From the NCBI GenBank assembly GCA_048013815.1, contig CM106586.1:12896001-12960000 (forward strand): a stretch of 64,000 nucleotides of DNA. The letters run 5' to 3'. The stretch is from Setoptus koraiensis (Eukaryota; Animalia; Arthropoda). The notes under the pieces are model-generated. The model saw only the letters and a list, made by a program, of their open reading frames with translations, did no database searches and was not told where the DNA came from. This document shows, piece by piece, positions 11,049 to 25,100 of the stretch. Every line of letters starts with the position of its first letter. The stretch's first letter is position 1. The position numbers and the translations under genes are program-made.

Positions 11049-12827
11049 ATGTGCGGCATATTCGCACTTATATATTACGGAGAGACCGAAACGAAAAGAG
11101 AATTACTCACTGATCAACAATTACAATGGATATCATCATTTATTGATGCGCGTGGGCCCGATTACAAATCCCGCTCTATCGATGTGAATCTTGAATCAGT
11201 ATCTTTTGTGTTCAAGGCATCAGTGTTGCATCTCAGAGGGAGAGAAATCTGTATACAACCTGTTGTAGATAGCCAATCAAATGTGCTTCTATTCAATGGT
11301 GAAATATATGAGTTCTCAATCGATGCAAACATCGATGATGTCCCCGAACTACTCTCCGATACGCAACATCTCATGAGATTGTTGTCTAAAGCTAATGATC
11401 ATGATGAAATTCTGAATGTTTTCAGTAGCATAATAGGACCGTTTGCAGTAATTTTCTGGCACCATTATACCAAGACACTTTATTTTGCCAGAGATGTTTT
11501 TGGGCGCAGGAGTCTTTGTATACACAATGATCCACTTAAGAGAATGGTAGTCATCTCGTCAGTGGCGCCCGTGTCAGATTTGAATTGGACCGAAGTGACG
11601 GCAAATGGTGTTCATCACTTCAATTTTCACCAGAGAATAGATGACGTTAAGTTGCATCGGACCAATCTATGGGATCTGGATAAGATATATCCCAGAACAG
11701 ACAAGTGTGTCGACATGAACGGTCCCATGTGCATGAGTGATCGCAGTATTGAAGTTCCTCTCAGATGTAAATTAAAGAGCCATGAACGAACTGACCTCTC
11801 ATACCATGACGAAAATTCGAAGCTTGCTGATGAAGAGAGAAAACTTTTACTGCAATTTGACCGCGTTCTGCACCAGTCATTGGAAAGAAGAATCTCAAAA
11901 GGTAAAGAGTTACTATGCCAGGATTGTAAATTAACTAAATCGGCTTTGTGCAATCACAGTAGTGTCGCGATAGCATTCTCGGGTGGTATAGATTCTACAG
12001 TCTTGGCATTGACTGCCTCTGATCACATACTCAAGCATCAATCAATTGACTTGTTAAATCTGGCTTTTGGCCCTGATGCACCAGACAGACTTACTGCTGC
12101 CTCGGCTTTTTTAGAATTAGTCAAAATAAAACCAGAAAGAAGATGGAATTTGATTTGTATAGATGTCACCAAAGAAGAGCTAGAGCAAGATAGAAGGTGC
12201 CGCATAAAGTATCTTATAGCTCCTTTGAACACTGTTATAGATGATAGTATCGGTTGTGCATTGTGGTATATCTCGAAAGGCTTAGGAAGAAAATTTTCAT
12301 TTGATAGCCATACCATTGATTTGTCGGAGCTCACACAGGAGCTCCATAGTCACATAGTTTATGATCCCAGCAAGATCAATCTATATCGTTGTCCAGCCAT
12401 AATTCTCATTGTCGGTATGGGCATCGATGAGCAGCTTGGGGGCTATTCCACTCATAGGTCTGCTTGGGCGTCAGGGGGCTCTGTTGCCCTGCACAACGAA
12501 ATTTCATTCCAAATGAGGAGACTCTCAACCCGGAATCTAGGGAGAGACGATAGGGTAGGGGGCGATCATGGGCGTGACATTAAAAGTCCTTTTCTAGATG
12601 AGATTTTGATTGATTATCTCAATCAGCTTCCAATAAGTGTTAAAATGAAACTGAATCTTCCGGCTGGAGTAGGTGACAAAATCTTATTACGTCGTTACGC
12701 AAAATTAGTTCTAGGATTGATAGGCTCTTCGAACAACTTGAAACGGGCAATGCAATTTGGCACTCGCATAGCTAAGTTGGAAAACAAGAAAGAATTAGGA
12801 CATGAAATTTGTGACAGACTGTTGTAA
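11049..12827 (+). CDS. ASNSD1: Asparagine synthetase domain-containing protein 1, intronless
   Basis: MCGI N-terminal nucleophile Cys, DARGPD, LFNGEIY, ARDVFGRRSL, FSGGIDS, GIDEQLGGY, RNLGRDDRV, GDKILLR, KRAMQFGTRIAK. Confidence 0.93.
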   Translation: MCGIFALIYYGETETKRELLTDQQLQWISSFIDARGPDYKSRSIDVNLESVSFVFKASVLHLRGREICIQPVVDSQSNVLLFNGEIYEFSIDANIDDVPELLSDTQHLMRLLSKANDHDEILNVFSSIIGPFAVIFWHHYTKTLYFARDVFGRRSLCIHNDPLKRMVVISSVAPVSDLNWTEVTANGVHHFNFHQRIDDVKLHRTNLWDLDKIYPRTDKCVDMNGPMCMSDRSIEVPLRCKLKSHERTDLSYHDENSKLADEERKLLLQFDRVLHQSLERRISKGKELLCQDCKLTKSALCNHSSVAIAFSGGIDSTVLALTASDHILKHQSIDLLNLAFGPDAPDRLTAASAFLELVKIKPERRWNLICIDVTKEELEQDRRCRIKYLIAPLNTVIDDSIGCALWYISKGLGRKFSFDSHTIDLSELTQELHSHIVYDPSKINLYRCPAIILIVGMGIDEQLGGYSTHRSAWASGGSVALHNEISFQMRRLSTRNLGRDDRVGGDHGRDIKSPFLDEILIDYLNQLPISVKMKLNLPAGVGDKILLRRYAKLVLGLIGSSNNLKRAMQFGTRIAKLENKKELGHEICDRLL

Positions 12828-15800
12828 GCTTTTTTAATATGATGCAACAAAATATTTAGAGGGAATATCCTCGGATGTATATATAATCTATATTAGTCTG
12901 CTAAACTACAAGTATAAGCTTGATAATCAACTCGTCATTAAGAACACTGTCATATTATTTGCGTCTTGTGTTGTGAATGATTAGGAAAATACATCAAAAT
13001 TGACTTAAATAAAAGAGGCTTCGAGATGATTCCCTTGAATTTTATTGCAAACAGTTTGGTTCAATCGAGTGCAGCTCATTTTTTATACGCTATCGTTGTT
13101 GTCTGATTAGTCGAATGCAGGCCGGAAATAAATTAGTGACATGGTCACAATAACAATCTTCAAGAATATAGATTGGTAATTGCTGCTGTCCACTTTAATC
13201 GAATGAATATTACATCGAGATTCCTGTGAATGTGGTTATCAACTTTCTCTCGCTACTTGCCATTCCGATCAATTATTGCAATCGGAGCGAAGTTCTAGTT
13301 GAATATCCTATTTTATGCTCAAATCGCAGCTAAAACAGTTTGGAGTTCCGAATCGCACTACTATCTCAAATTCGAATCGTCATTCGGCATATGGAAAACC
13401 TGACAGTATGGTTATCCGAAGAGATGTCATGATGTCAATATTGAGTTGTTATCACGACATCCAGTTATCACCACAACACAATGAGATGCGACGTTCTCTT
13501 GGAACAATCATTTGTGACTTGTGGAACTTAAGAAGTAGCAAATAAAATTCTGGTGATTTTATAACATCTGTGGTTAAGGCTAGAGATTATGGGACATCTC
13601 AGAATAGTAGCTATGGTGGATTTCTTGGACGTCCAAGCTCCAGATATCCTAGACTCTCTGATGCCTTAACTAAGGAATGAATAAAAGTTTTGCTGACCAA
13701 TGTGAGCGATGACAATTCACACTGGCCGAACTATTCTGATGTGAACAGATCAAGAAGAAAAAATTTATATTATCCGACATTACTATATTATCGGACATGC
13801 TTATTGGAAATATGTATAGTGGCCTCACTGATCAATTCAAGATTGACCTCGTTAATTCACCACTCGCATAGTACGAAACCTGAGTTTGCTTCAAGACACA
13901 CATCCGTCAGTTTGAGAGCGACTAAACAAGAAAACAGAGACTCTTCGACATTGTATGATTATGAGGACGGAATGAACGAATCTTACCGAAACGAAGTTCG
14001 CTCCGCAAATTGCAGCACCTGAAACGTTCACTGAAGAGCGGTTTTTTCACTGGAAACATTGAGATTTAATGTGATAAATATCAAAGGCAGCCAGCCTTAA
14101 TTCGTGAAGCAATCCTATCGAGACAACCCTATAGAGGACGCCCCTTGGAGCCACTCTATTCTCTCTATCAAAGCTACCGATAAGGTTGTGTCGGAAATTG
14201 ATTATTCCTTGAATGAATATAGCTCAGATGATTGGCATCAATCAAACTATTTGACTTATAACATTGGTGCGGTACGGATGAGGTAATTGATGACCGGATG
14301 CACAGATTACGAAATACACAAACTGCATCATATGCATGTACAAGTATACAACTTAGCACCATAGTTCCGTTGGAGGTATACGTTGGGAATGCTTTCAACG
14401 ACCCAACAACCTTTTCATAATTTTCTTCCTTCTTAATCTAAGGACCTATTAACGATGGTTTAGGCTACGGGTGGCATACCAATAACATGTCTAGAACAGC
14501 TCATTGCGCTTATCAATTCAATAATCTTAATCATATGAGTTCAATTAGTTGATTCGAGAGACGAATTATCCCGGCTGTGGTCTTAACTCGAACTTTGGCT
14601 TAAAGATAATCAATATTCGAGTTGAAAAGAAAGTTCGTACGCAAAGAATGACAACAACAAAATTGTACATGAGGATGTATTAAACTTATCATCATAGTCA
14701 TAGTGAACATGAGGGTAAAAGATGAACAACTAAGAGATGAGATTGGGATGTCATGTCAAGCCACACAATGCATTACGGCGCGGTGCCATCTTGAATGATA
14801 TGAAGAGCCATCATGATACAAGTCATTTGATTATAAGCAATTACGAAACAGACAAGGTTTGTGTGGAGAAAAATTACGGTTATGTTGAAACAATCACCAC
14901 ACTGGGCACCTTAATAATCACAAACCCATTTATTCCTCACCTGTTCGAATCCCGAGATAACAGAGAAACAGATCTCAACAACAACAATCGCAGGGGAGGG
15001 AGTATCTAAAGCTCGTTGCTTGACCGGAACTACCGGCTCATTTTATCCACTTGCGTCGCAGACGATCGCTCGTGTACATAGCAATCAATGACTGATTGGC
15101 AGCCCTGTGGCTGAACTATTCATTAATGATACTGCCTCTTGAGAATTGGAGAGCTTACAGTTGTACTCAACAGTGAACACCCCGCATTCATAAGATCAAT
15201 CATGATTCGAATTGAATAAGTTTGTTGTATGGAAGATTGGCGTATAAATCATTTAATCAGAAATACTTTGAGGGTTACTTTTCAGGAGAGAAATCGTCAA
15301 ATGATGAAACCGTCACCTCTATTCCATCTAAATGAAAATTAGTATAACAGGGATTTAGTTGAGGAACGCGATATCTCCAGAAAAGATTCTCACTGAAGGC
15401 CCAACAGACGAAGGTCATGATTTAATAAAATTGTCTTTGCGCTCAAATTTTAAGTGAAGGGTTTCTTCGATTTTTCCTACAACACTGAGAACTTCATTTA
15501 ATATTTCTCTCGCGTGGGAGACAAAACCTCTCACAAGCCTCGAGTAAAGATGTCGCAAGAAAATCCGCCTTTAAATTAGCAACCTTGGGTGGTGATGCAA
15601 ATCATAGCAATAGAATTGTTATGACAATCACCAGTACAACAGGTGAGCTGTCGTACCGTGCGCTATAAACATACTCATGAATAAATTTGCCTTTTCTGCA
15701 ATCTCGAGGAAGCTTTATAGACTACAAGGAAAAAAAACTTATCCTGAAATCACCCAAATCGATTACTTGAAGTATTTACAATCCTAATAAAGGTGCAATA

Positions 15801-16984
15801 GCTTTTTCGTATTGTATGAATTCTAAGGTCGTAGCTCCAATCGCCTCCGATCACATACTGTGACATCTAGCTTTTGGCCCTGAACCATCAGGCAAACTCT
15901 CTGCGCTATTATGGCCGAAATCAACGAGGATCTCAGAGAAGATGGAATCTGATTAGGGGGAAAAGGAAGGATTGGGGCACGAGATTTGCTACCGACTGTT
16001 GCAAGCTGCGGTCTGAATTAATTAAAAGGGATCTCTTCGGGTGTGTGTCTCAGTACGAAGCCTCTAAAAGATTCGGAGCTCTCTGCAAAACTATTAGTTA
16101 GATGTTCAGTTCATTTTCTGAGAACACATTTGTATGGTTTGCGGCTCGTGTTATGCTCGAAGCACGCAAATAGTTCAAAATTGACTTGAACGAAAAATGC
16201 TTCCTTCGGGTTTTAATCCTAGTGGTTTGGGTCTATCAGGTCAAGCCAATTCTTATTGGAATCGCTTATTCTGATCTAGATGAGAATATACTATGAGGCG
16301 TCTTGTCATCTAAACTGGCTTATAATAGAAGTTTGCGGAGGGAAGCCAAGTGATATCATGAGCGAATCAGTCATAGATGCAAATTTTCGAATTTTTTCTC
16401 CCACTGGCAGCATGAAGTTGTGCCGCACAGTAAACAATTGCTCAAATGTGAGGTACTACATAAACACACAAACAAACAGACAGACGGACAATGAAGAGAC
16501 GAACTAACACAAACGCAGGGATCATTCCCGACTCGGGGAATCCCGAGGGATGCAGAGCAACCGAACACACACACACACAATCTAACACACAAACTAGCGC
16601 ACAAATATACTCGAATTGACAGACAGGCAAACCATGAGAAGAAGCGAGCAGATCCAAGCATCACCGATATCCATGGCTGCTCTAACGAGTTTTGTGAGCG
16701 TCCGTGAGAGGGGCTCCAACTGCTATCCTCGAAAGCCCGATGAGCGGACGCGAGACAAGCTTTCGTTTCATGTGTGTTCGGTGTATTCTGGCTCGTCTGA
16801 TGAATCGTGTGTGTGTGATGGAAAGAGTTGAAACATTTATTGGAACACTCCAGGCTTGGACGTGTACTTGAGGGCGATGCAAGCACCTCTCGCGGCAATC
16901 GCTCAACTATTCTTGAAGACACAATATAATGTATGTAACATAAACACACACGACGAAAAACACACGCACAAATACACACACAAA

Positions 16985-16985
16985 T

Positions 16986-17019
<34 letters not shown>

Positions 17020-17065
17020 TCACACACACATAGACATATAGAGAGCGAGAGAGAGAAAGAGAGAG
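16985..17065. repeat. (CA)n / (GA)n microsatellite cluster
   Basis: A long CACACA tract followed by GAGAGA tracts upstream of scribbler. Confidence 0.85.
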
Positions 17066-17586
17066 AGACACACACATTGACGCAGATAAAGAGAGCGATG
17101 GACAAGCGTCGAATTATAGATTCAACGACGCTGAACGCTCGCAAAAGTGTATGCTGCTGATGATGACGACCACCTCTTTATCAACTCACTCCTTGGTAAG
17201 GCCATTGGGCAATTCATTGTTGGTTTTAATCATCATCATCAACTGGACATTATGATTACAATCATTAATTGAAATAATCGTTATTATTATTATTATTATG
17301 CCAAATATTGGACGAACACAGCATTAGCCAACGTGATGATGCCATCTTATAAACGGAATTGATGCGCTCCATTGCAATGACTAGCATTATTAATATTAAA
17401 GCTCTTGATGAATATATTAACAACAAAACAACAGGCAAGAAAATCGTCGTCAACAACAACATAATTATCATTACTACTGTACAACAATATATTATTACTC
17501 GTAATATATGCTGATAGCATTTTAACAACAATTGTTATTGTTTAACCATAGTATCACATCGGTCAATACCACTAACAACTGTACAG

Positions 17587-20500
17587 ATGAATGTGCATGA
17601 GCCCACAGCAGCGACAGCAGCAACAACAGCTATTAGCCGAACACAAACAGAGGAGGCTAATATAAGTTCAACGTCCACCTCTGCTGCAAGCGAAGATATT
17701 GATGAAGATTTCGAGAAACTGGACCAAAATTTTCAAGTTGATGGAATTGAACACTTATTAGGTGGCCTCGAAAAGGACATCGAGAACCTAGGGGAGGGAT
17801 CTGCGTCTAGTGGTTCAAAGCCCTCGTCACCGGATAAATTACTAACTCATGGAGTTGATTCAAAACAGGGTGCTTCAGCAACCTTTTTATCTAACACACT
17901 TTCAACAACGGCACCAACTTCATCATTTTTCAAGTCAGCCACCAATATTACCCCGTCCTCAACAAAGAACGCAGCTACATCATCTACTACAGGCACAATA
18001 AACTCTTCTAGCGGTAGTACTAATAGTGGTACTAACTCGGTCTCTAGAATCTTTGATAGCCACAACAATCAAATACAATCTCATCAGAGGAAGCAAATTT
18101 TTAGTTCTACTGACCCGACACACAAATCTGTAGCCACTGATCTACGTTCCAAAACTTATGCAAATTCCAAAGTGGCCACATCTTCAACAGTAAAAGACAA
18201 AAATGACAAAGATATTGCACTCAACGTTGCCTCTACTACTAGGCAATCATCATCTTTGCCATCTCGAACGAGATGTACAGAAGGTGAACGTGAAGGCTTA
18301 AAAATGAAAATTATGAGAGATGTCAAGCCTGGTAAACGGGAGCATAAGATTGTTTCGCCGGATCTCAATAAATTACCAAAAGCTGCATCCAATCCAAATT
18401 GTAACAACAACAAAGGCATCACAACCAACACATCGGATACTAGAGATTTAGGCTCTTTGAGCACCGAGATCTTGCAAGCTAAACCTACGCCTGAAATATC
18501 ACTTAAAGACAATAGTAATATGCCTATCAGCAGGGAGAATAAGATTTCTAATGATAATCCTAAAGTTACTGTGATTGAAAAGAATGGATGCCAGACCTCT
18601 GGCGATAGCAACTTTCTAGCAAGCAGAAAGAAAAATCTTGAGGTAAGTTCACTCATTATCATTCTTACTATTCTAACTTGCGAACGCACTCTGTGTTCCT
18701 CTAATTCATCAGAGGAATTCAATTTTCCGTTCGCACAAATCAACCCAGCATCTCTCCTGTCCGACGTCTCTAGAACAACTAGTTCGTCGATACGAGATTT
18801 TGGAACAAATATCATAACGCTATTCATTTTGTTCATTCATTCACAATTTGTCATTCTTCTTCCAACTACTCTAATAGCTTGTATCGAGCATTTCATCAAC
18901 TAAAGAGTGTGGTACCTCTACTAGTATTGGCACAATAACAGACCCCGATTGCCTTGGCCCTTGTGAGCCTGGAACCAGTGTTACACTCGAAGGTATTGTG
19001 TGGCAAGAAACAGAGGGAGGAATCTTGGTTGTCAACGTAACTTGGAGAGGCAAAACCTATGTAGGGACACTCTTAGATTGCACGAAACATGATTGGGCGC
19101 CTCCGCGCTTGTGTGAGTCTCCAGCAAGTGATATAGATAGCAAAACAAGCAAAAGTGTTCGGACGAAACGGATTGCAACTCGTAGTGTTGGTATGGGACT
19201 TGATGAGAGAGCATTAGTGCAAACAACTGGAAAGTTGCGCAACGGAAAAGGTCGAAGGATCCCTAACCCCAGCGATGGAGGCGCTATCAACAAGCGGCAA
19301 CGAAAATCCTCATCCAAACCATCCGATGCTGACTTCATGAATGAGAGCAGCAACCAAGATCAAGAAACAGCTATGAAAAACGCAACGGTGAATGATGATA
19401 ATGCCATCGAAATGGATGCGATATGCGATGAAAAAGCAGATACCGCTAGTAATGCAGAAGGAATCTCGGAATCTACTATCAATGTCTATAATGGACTAGA
19501 AGCCACTGATGACAAGTCAAAAGAATCGACTCAAGGGAACGCTTCACTTGATGTCAATGATGAATCAAATTTGAATAGCGAAAACACCAAAACCAATCAA
19601 TTGTCTGCTTCTGATTCAACCACTTTCAATAATGGACTTAACGACATTCCAAACTGTGTCTCATCCGAAAAGTCTAATCCAGCTTCTCCTAAGCTCATCA
19701 GTTGTTCAGAACCAAATTGCTCCAAAAAATATCGTGACTCTAATGCCCTTCAATTTCATCAGTCTCATGCTCATGGAGGCTCAGTAGGTGTATTGATTGA
19801 ACCCACTTCAGACGATTCGTCGCATGAAACTCTAGTCCAAGCAAGAATAGATACGAACGAAAGTTCCAGCCTCGACCCAACTACTGACACACAAGAAAAT
19901 AATCAAAAGCCCCCAAATTCAAGTGGGCAACATGTTAAGCAGGATAGCCCAGCCGCTTATTCAGATATATCAGATGTCGAAGATTCAGATCGTACCAACA
20001 CCAACACCAACACCAACACCAAGAACAATCAACAAGAAGACAGGCCGTGCCCAAAACCGAACGCCAATAAGACTCATGATGAAGGAAAAACTTTTTGGGA
20101 TAAAACCTCGGGTAACTCTGCACCCCCTTGCACGATACCGCCTGTGGACGATGACCCTTACATTTATGATGATGCTCCAACTCCCCCTTCAATGAATCCT
20201 TATAATAATGGTAGGAGTATGATGCCAAGTAATGGCAGGAGTATCTTTCAATCCTCTAACATCAACGACAAATATTCAATCGACAGTAAATTACAGCAAC
20301 CGAAACATAGACAAAGTACAAGCACCCCGTCGAACAAGAACTTTCACAACGAAATGCATGAGAACTTTAATCGTCGGAATGACCAGAACTTCACACCTAC
20401 GCAACAGAATATCCATGTTCAGGATAATCATAATCCAACGAGTCTTCCTCACTCTTCTAGTAGTCATAGCAGCCGTAGAGGCAGTTCGAGTGCTAATGTA

Positions 20501-21130
20501 GAATCCAATCAGCCCCATGGCAAACAACATGGAAGTGGTCACTCAAGTAAAAATCCTGATCCCGGTCCTCAACCCCTACCCCCAACTCAAGAAGAAGGAA
20601 TGAAACCTTCCGGAACATCAACAGGACCACCCCCTGCACCACATGCTCATTACTATTTAAATAATGCTTTAAGTTTGAATAACGGCAGTAATTATTATCC
20701 TTATATTGACCCGATGTACACGAATAATTCAATTGCCTTTAGCAGGTTCATGAGATCAACGCTTATGAATTACCCACCAGGTCCGCCAATCACGTCTGCA
20801 AGCCTTGTACCGAGGCTTCCAGGTGGATCACCGCCTACCTATGTTCCTCCATTATTAGGGCCAAATATGGGTCCTGCCATGCCTTCAAATATGCCCCCAT
20901 ACCCGCCACAAACAAGCCCACTGTCACCAGTGGCAGGTCATTCCTCTAGACATTTGAGGCTGCCTGGATCGAGCCCTAATTTGCCAGGTCCCCCCCAACC
21001 AGCAATCGGTCAAGCTGGAATGCCTCATCCACCCCATGGACACCCGGTGAATCCTCTAGGAGCTATGGGTCAACCAGTGCCAAGTCTAGTAGATGAATCC
21101 ATGCGTCAATATAGAAATATTCCTAGATGA
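17587..21130 (+). CDS. sbb: Scribbler/Brakeless (ZNF608/ZNF609 family) transcriptional cofactor
   Basis: Exon 17587-18642 (REGLKMKI..KREHKIV), intron of about 18643-18877, then TSIGTITDPDCLGPCEPGTSVTLEGIVWQETEGGILVVNVTWRGKTYVGTLLDCTKHDWAPPR, a single C2H2 finger CSEPNCSKKYRDSNALQFHQSHAH and the SPAAYSDISD motif. A terminal exon 21198-21245 (DQLTKVEDEILARLL) is possible; the ends are uncertain. Confidence 0.9.
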
Positions 21131-22145
21131 TTGTTGGCTGGCCATACAAACTACTCAATGCTTGTTGAATGTCTAAACGAATGAGTTTTATTTCTAGGAT
21201 CAGTTGACCAAGGTGGAAGATGAAATTTTGGCCCGTCTATTGTGAGCTAATATGTGATGCAAAATAAATATTCGCTATTACAGTAAACATCAAATCGAAA
21301 GAATATTTCGTAGCCGGTTGCATGCAAAAGAATAAGCCTGCTATATCCTACCACAAATTAACAAAAATCAAGAACAGATATAGGACTAAAACAATCATAA
21401 CAACAGATGTGACAATAATGCAGCCTGACATGTATAGAATGAGATGTATATCAACGACACTCAATTGAATGGCGATTAAAACATAAATTCCCCCTGAGTT
21501 GTTGTATAATTTTGTTTTTTGTGTGATTCAACAATGATCATCTCGTACATTCCGCTGCTTGAACGTGACAAGTCAACACACGACCAAGCCAGGTTGATAA
21601 TAATGGTCATACATATTTCTCTTCTCTTAGAGCTTTCTCCGATTGTCACAAGAATAACATATATAATATATCTAATATACGTACGCCATGCTATATCCGA
21701 TAAACGTTTCTCATGATTGTTAGTAGTTCCACTAGACTGGAGTATGATACAGACTCAATCTGCTGCCATTAAATTAGTCAGGCATTTAATGATCTTTGTT
21801 TTGTGTGTACATAAGGATTGCACATGAGGATTGTTCCTTCCTACGCCTACGCTCACGGTGACGCACCTCGAATTTTCCGACCAGCTGACGTGCATATGAT
21901 TAGAATATAGCCGTGATGGTTGAGCCATTGTTTCGATGGTCAGATTATTCTTTATAATGTCCAAAAAACTAAAGATCAATTAGCTAATTTTCATCTGCAG
22001 CATCAATAATGTTGTCACTAACTATATTATTAATATTGTTAAATTAAGAAGAAGAGGAAAAATATAATGGTCAACATTGTCTTTTACCAGAACCCTATCA
22101 ACAACTGACCTTGAATTATCTTCCATATTCCATCCTGATAATCAG

Positions 22146-25100
22146 ATGGAGGACAGAAGGGTCGCAGATTATTTTGTTGTGGCTGGTGTTTCCCAGAACA
22201 CTCAGTTTAATACCGAGTCTAAACAGTTGGTTACGCCAATCCAACCAATAACTGATATTACTGTGATCTTCAAGAGTCTAGGTGAGAGTTGCCCGACAGG
22301 TTACAGCTGCATCGAAGTCACACCAAATGGACATATTGCTGATTTGAACAATGGAAACTATAGGAGTCCCGGCATTTTTATCTGCTACCGTCGAGGTAAC
22401 GACAAGGCACCGCTTGTGGATATTGGTGTTTATTACGACGGCAAGGAGCGTGTTCTACCCGATAGCGAGATAGTTCTTAGCACCCCATTTGGCCATTGTG
22501 CTAGTACAACGAACAGTTCCAAATGTGGAACATATTTAACTTACAGGAGAGCCAAGTCACAATGGCCTTTCAACCAATTGGTTGTTGTGGATATTTGTGT
22601 TATTCTCAATAACAAAAGCGAATATCCACCAAATGCATTTTTTGTTATCAGGAAAAATCTCAATAGAAGCATGTACGGAATGATAGGTTCGGAAGTATTC
22701 GTTTGTTATAAAAAATCATTGCATACACCACCTTCATTATGTTATAGACCTAGGATATTATCACGTTTCCCGTTGCAAGATTACACAAGATTCGCTCTAC
22801 CAGAAAGCGTTCCGTTATTTTGTTTACCTACGGGAGCAACGATTGAACTCTGGCCAATTGAAACAGCTCAACCGAAACCAGTATTCTCAACGTTTGTATT
22901 AACATCAGGACTAGCACAAAAAGTCTATGGTTCGGCCATATCCTTTTATGAGCGTTACGACGAATCACACTTAACAGATGATCAAAAATCACGACTGGGT
23001 CTAACCACTGAAAATGCCTCTAAATTTCGTACTTATGCAGTCAAATCAATATGCATATTATCTAGATGGCCCTTCTTTGAATGCTTCAAAGAATTCTTGT
23101 TGTTCTTGCATAAGATAGTTTTTCATCCGCCTAACACTTCAATTAAGAGTAGCAATCAGCAGCATAAAGAAGAGGAACTCATATCTATTACCAGCAGCAC
23201 TGTCCCGTCAAACGTAACACTAGAGCATTACATATCACACTTTTTATTAGACGTGCCATTTCCTACATCACAACGGCCTAAGGTGCTTGTTCAATTGATG
23301 CCAGCATCCGACGACAACGTATGCATCAGTCAACCTTTCGACAATCTACCATTACCTCTCACGGGGGCATCATTTGTTCAGTTATTAAGAAATTTGGGAA
23401 CAGAGAACTGTATGAATCTATTACTATTTGGCTTGAGCGAACAAAAAATATTGCTACATTCGTTGAGACCAGATGTGTTGACTGGAGTTGCTGAGGCGAT
23501 TACCGCAATGCTATTCCCATTTCACTGGCAATGCCCCTATGTGCCCTTATGTCCGCTTAGTTTATGCGGCGTGTTGCACGCTCCGTTACCGTTCATCGTT
23601 GGTATAGATTCAAGATGTTTTGATTCATTCAATGCTCCACATGATGTAGTTTGTGTTGATCTTGATACAACATCCATTTATTTGTCGGAACTAAAAAAAT
23701 GTCTCAATCTCAAGTTATTACCTAAGAGGGCTGCTCGTGTACTGAGGGCTTCACTAGATCGTATCTATCAAAAGTTGAACAGATTGCCTTACGGTTGCGG
23801 TCCAATCTTCAACGGCTCTCCCAACTCTAATAGATCACCAGTACAGGATAGTGGTCGCGTCAACGCTGAGAATAAACTAGAGCTAGAAATTAGGGAAGCA
23901 TTCATTAGATTCATGGCAACCATCCTGAAAGACTTCAGATCCTACCTGTTACCCATCACAAAGGCACCAACTATTGGAGCCACAGATCCTAGTTCCTTGT
24001 TCAATCTAGACGGCTTTCTCAGATCGAGAGACAGAAATTATACACAATTTTATCAACTTATTACTAAAACACAAATGTTCACTCATTATATTGAAGAAAG
24101 GAGTTTTGTTTCGGACAAAGATACAAGTTTAGCATTTTTCGATGATTGCGAAGAGAAACTAGCAGCAAATGATGATATTTTCTCTGATCGACCGATAAGA
24201 TTGTTCGAGACCGATGAATTGTTATCAAATGCCGACAGGTACATTTTTATACCAGCGCCAGAGCAATCCCCATCTGTAAATATTCAAGCTGTCCAGAATA
24301 ATCATCGCAGTACTCAGTTCGGACCACTAAATGTAGCCCTATATCACCGACATCCAACTTCTGACACTTTCCAACAACTAAATCAGGCAATGAATAATGG
24401 AAGCTTGTTCAGCAACCATGAGAGCTCTCAGTGTAATGCATCAGATATGGCCTCTTCACACACAAATTTGAATGATATCGTTGGTGGCGGAAACAGTTCC
24501 ATGTCAAGGAGAACCAAACAAGAAATCAAAACATCGAGAAGATTGGCCAAGAAGCATTCAGAATCTCCTATACTTTGGTCGAAGTATTTACTAAGTTGCT
24601 GTTACAGTTTATGGTTTTCCCATTTGCCCGGTTACATATCAAATGTCGTTAAAACTAACAACGATGTTATTTTGTCTACTAAATTAGTTTCCAATATATT
24701 GCGGCATGCCTATTCCATTTTATTGAGAATGCAAACTCTACATTTACAAGTTATAGACGAGATCTGTTACCGAATATTGATGCTCCTTTGTGGTCAATAT
24801 GGCCAACCTGCTCTAGCAGTCAGAGTATTATTCCAAATGAGAAAAAATGGCGCTATACCTAATGCTGTTACCTATGGCTACTACAACAAGGCTGTACTAG
24901 AAAGCGTTTGGCCAGAGGCTAGCAGCAAACCGACAACTATAATGTGGACTAAGATTAGGAACGTGATACGAGCCATAAGTCACTTCAGATATCAAGGAAG
25001 GCGTCGTATGAATCGTAGATGTCGTCACGCAATGCCCTTGATAGGAGAAGCCAAGTATAATAGGCCTTTGATCGACTTGAAGTCGGCTCAACCAGTACCA

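Noticed and set aside
14344-14365. miR-29/285-like seed TAGCACCAT
   Set aside because: The rest of the mature sequence does not match and there is no convincing precursor hairpin.
16371-17144. 257-aa ORF on the - strand
   Set aside because: Driven by CA/GA microsatellites (CVCVCV, LSLSLS); no domain.
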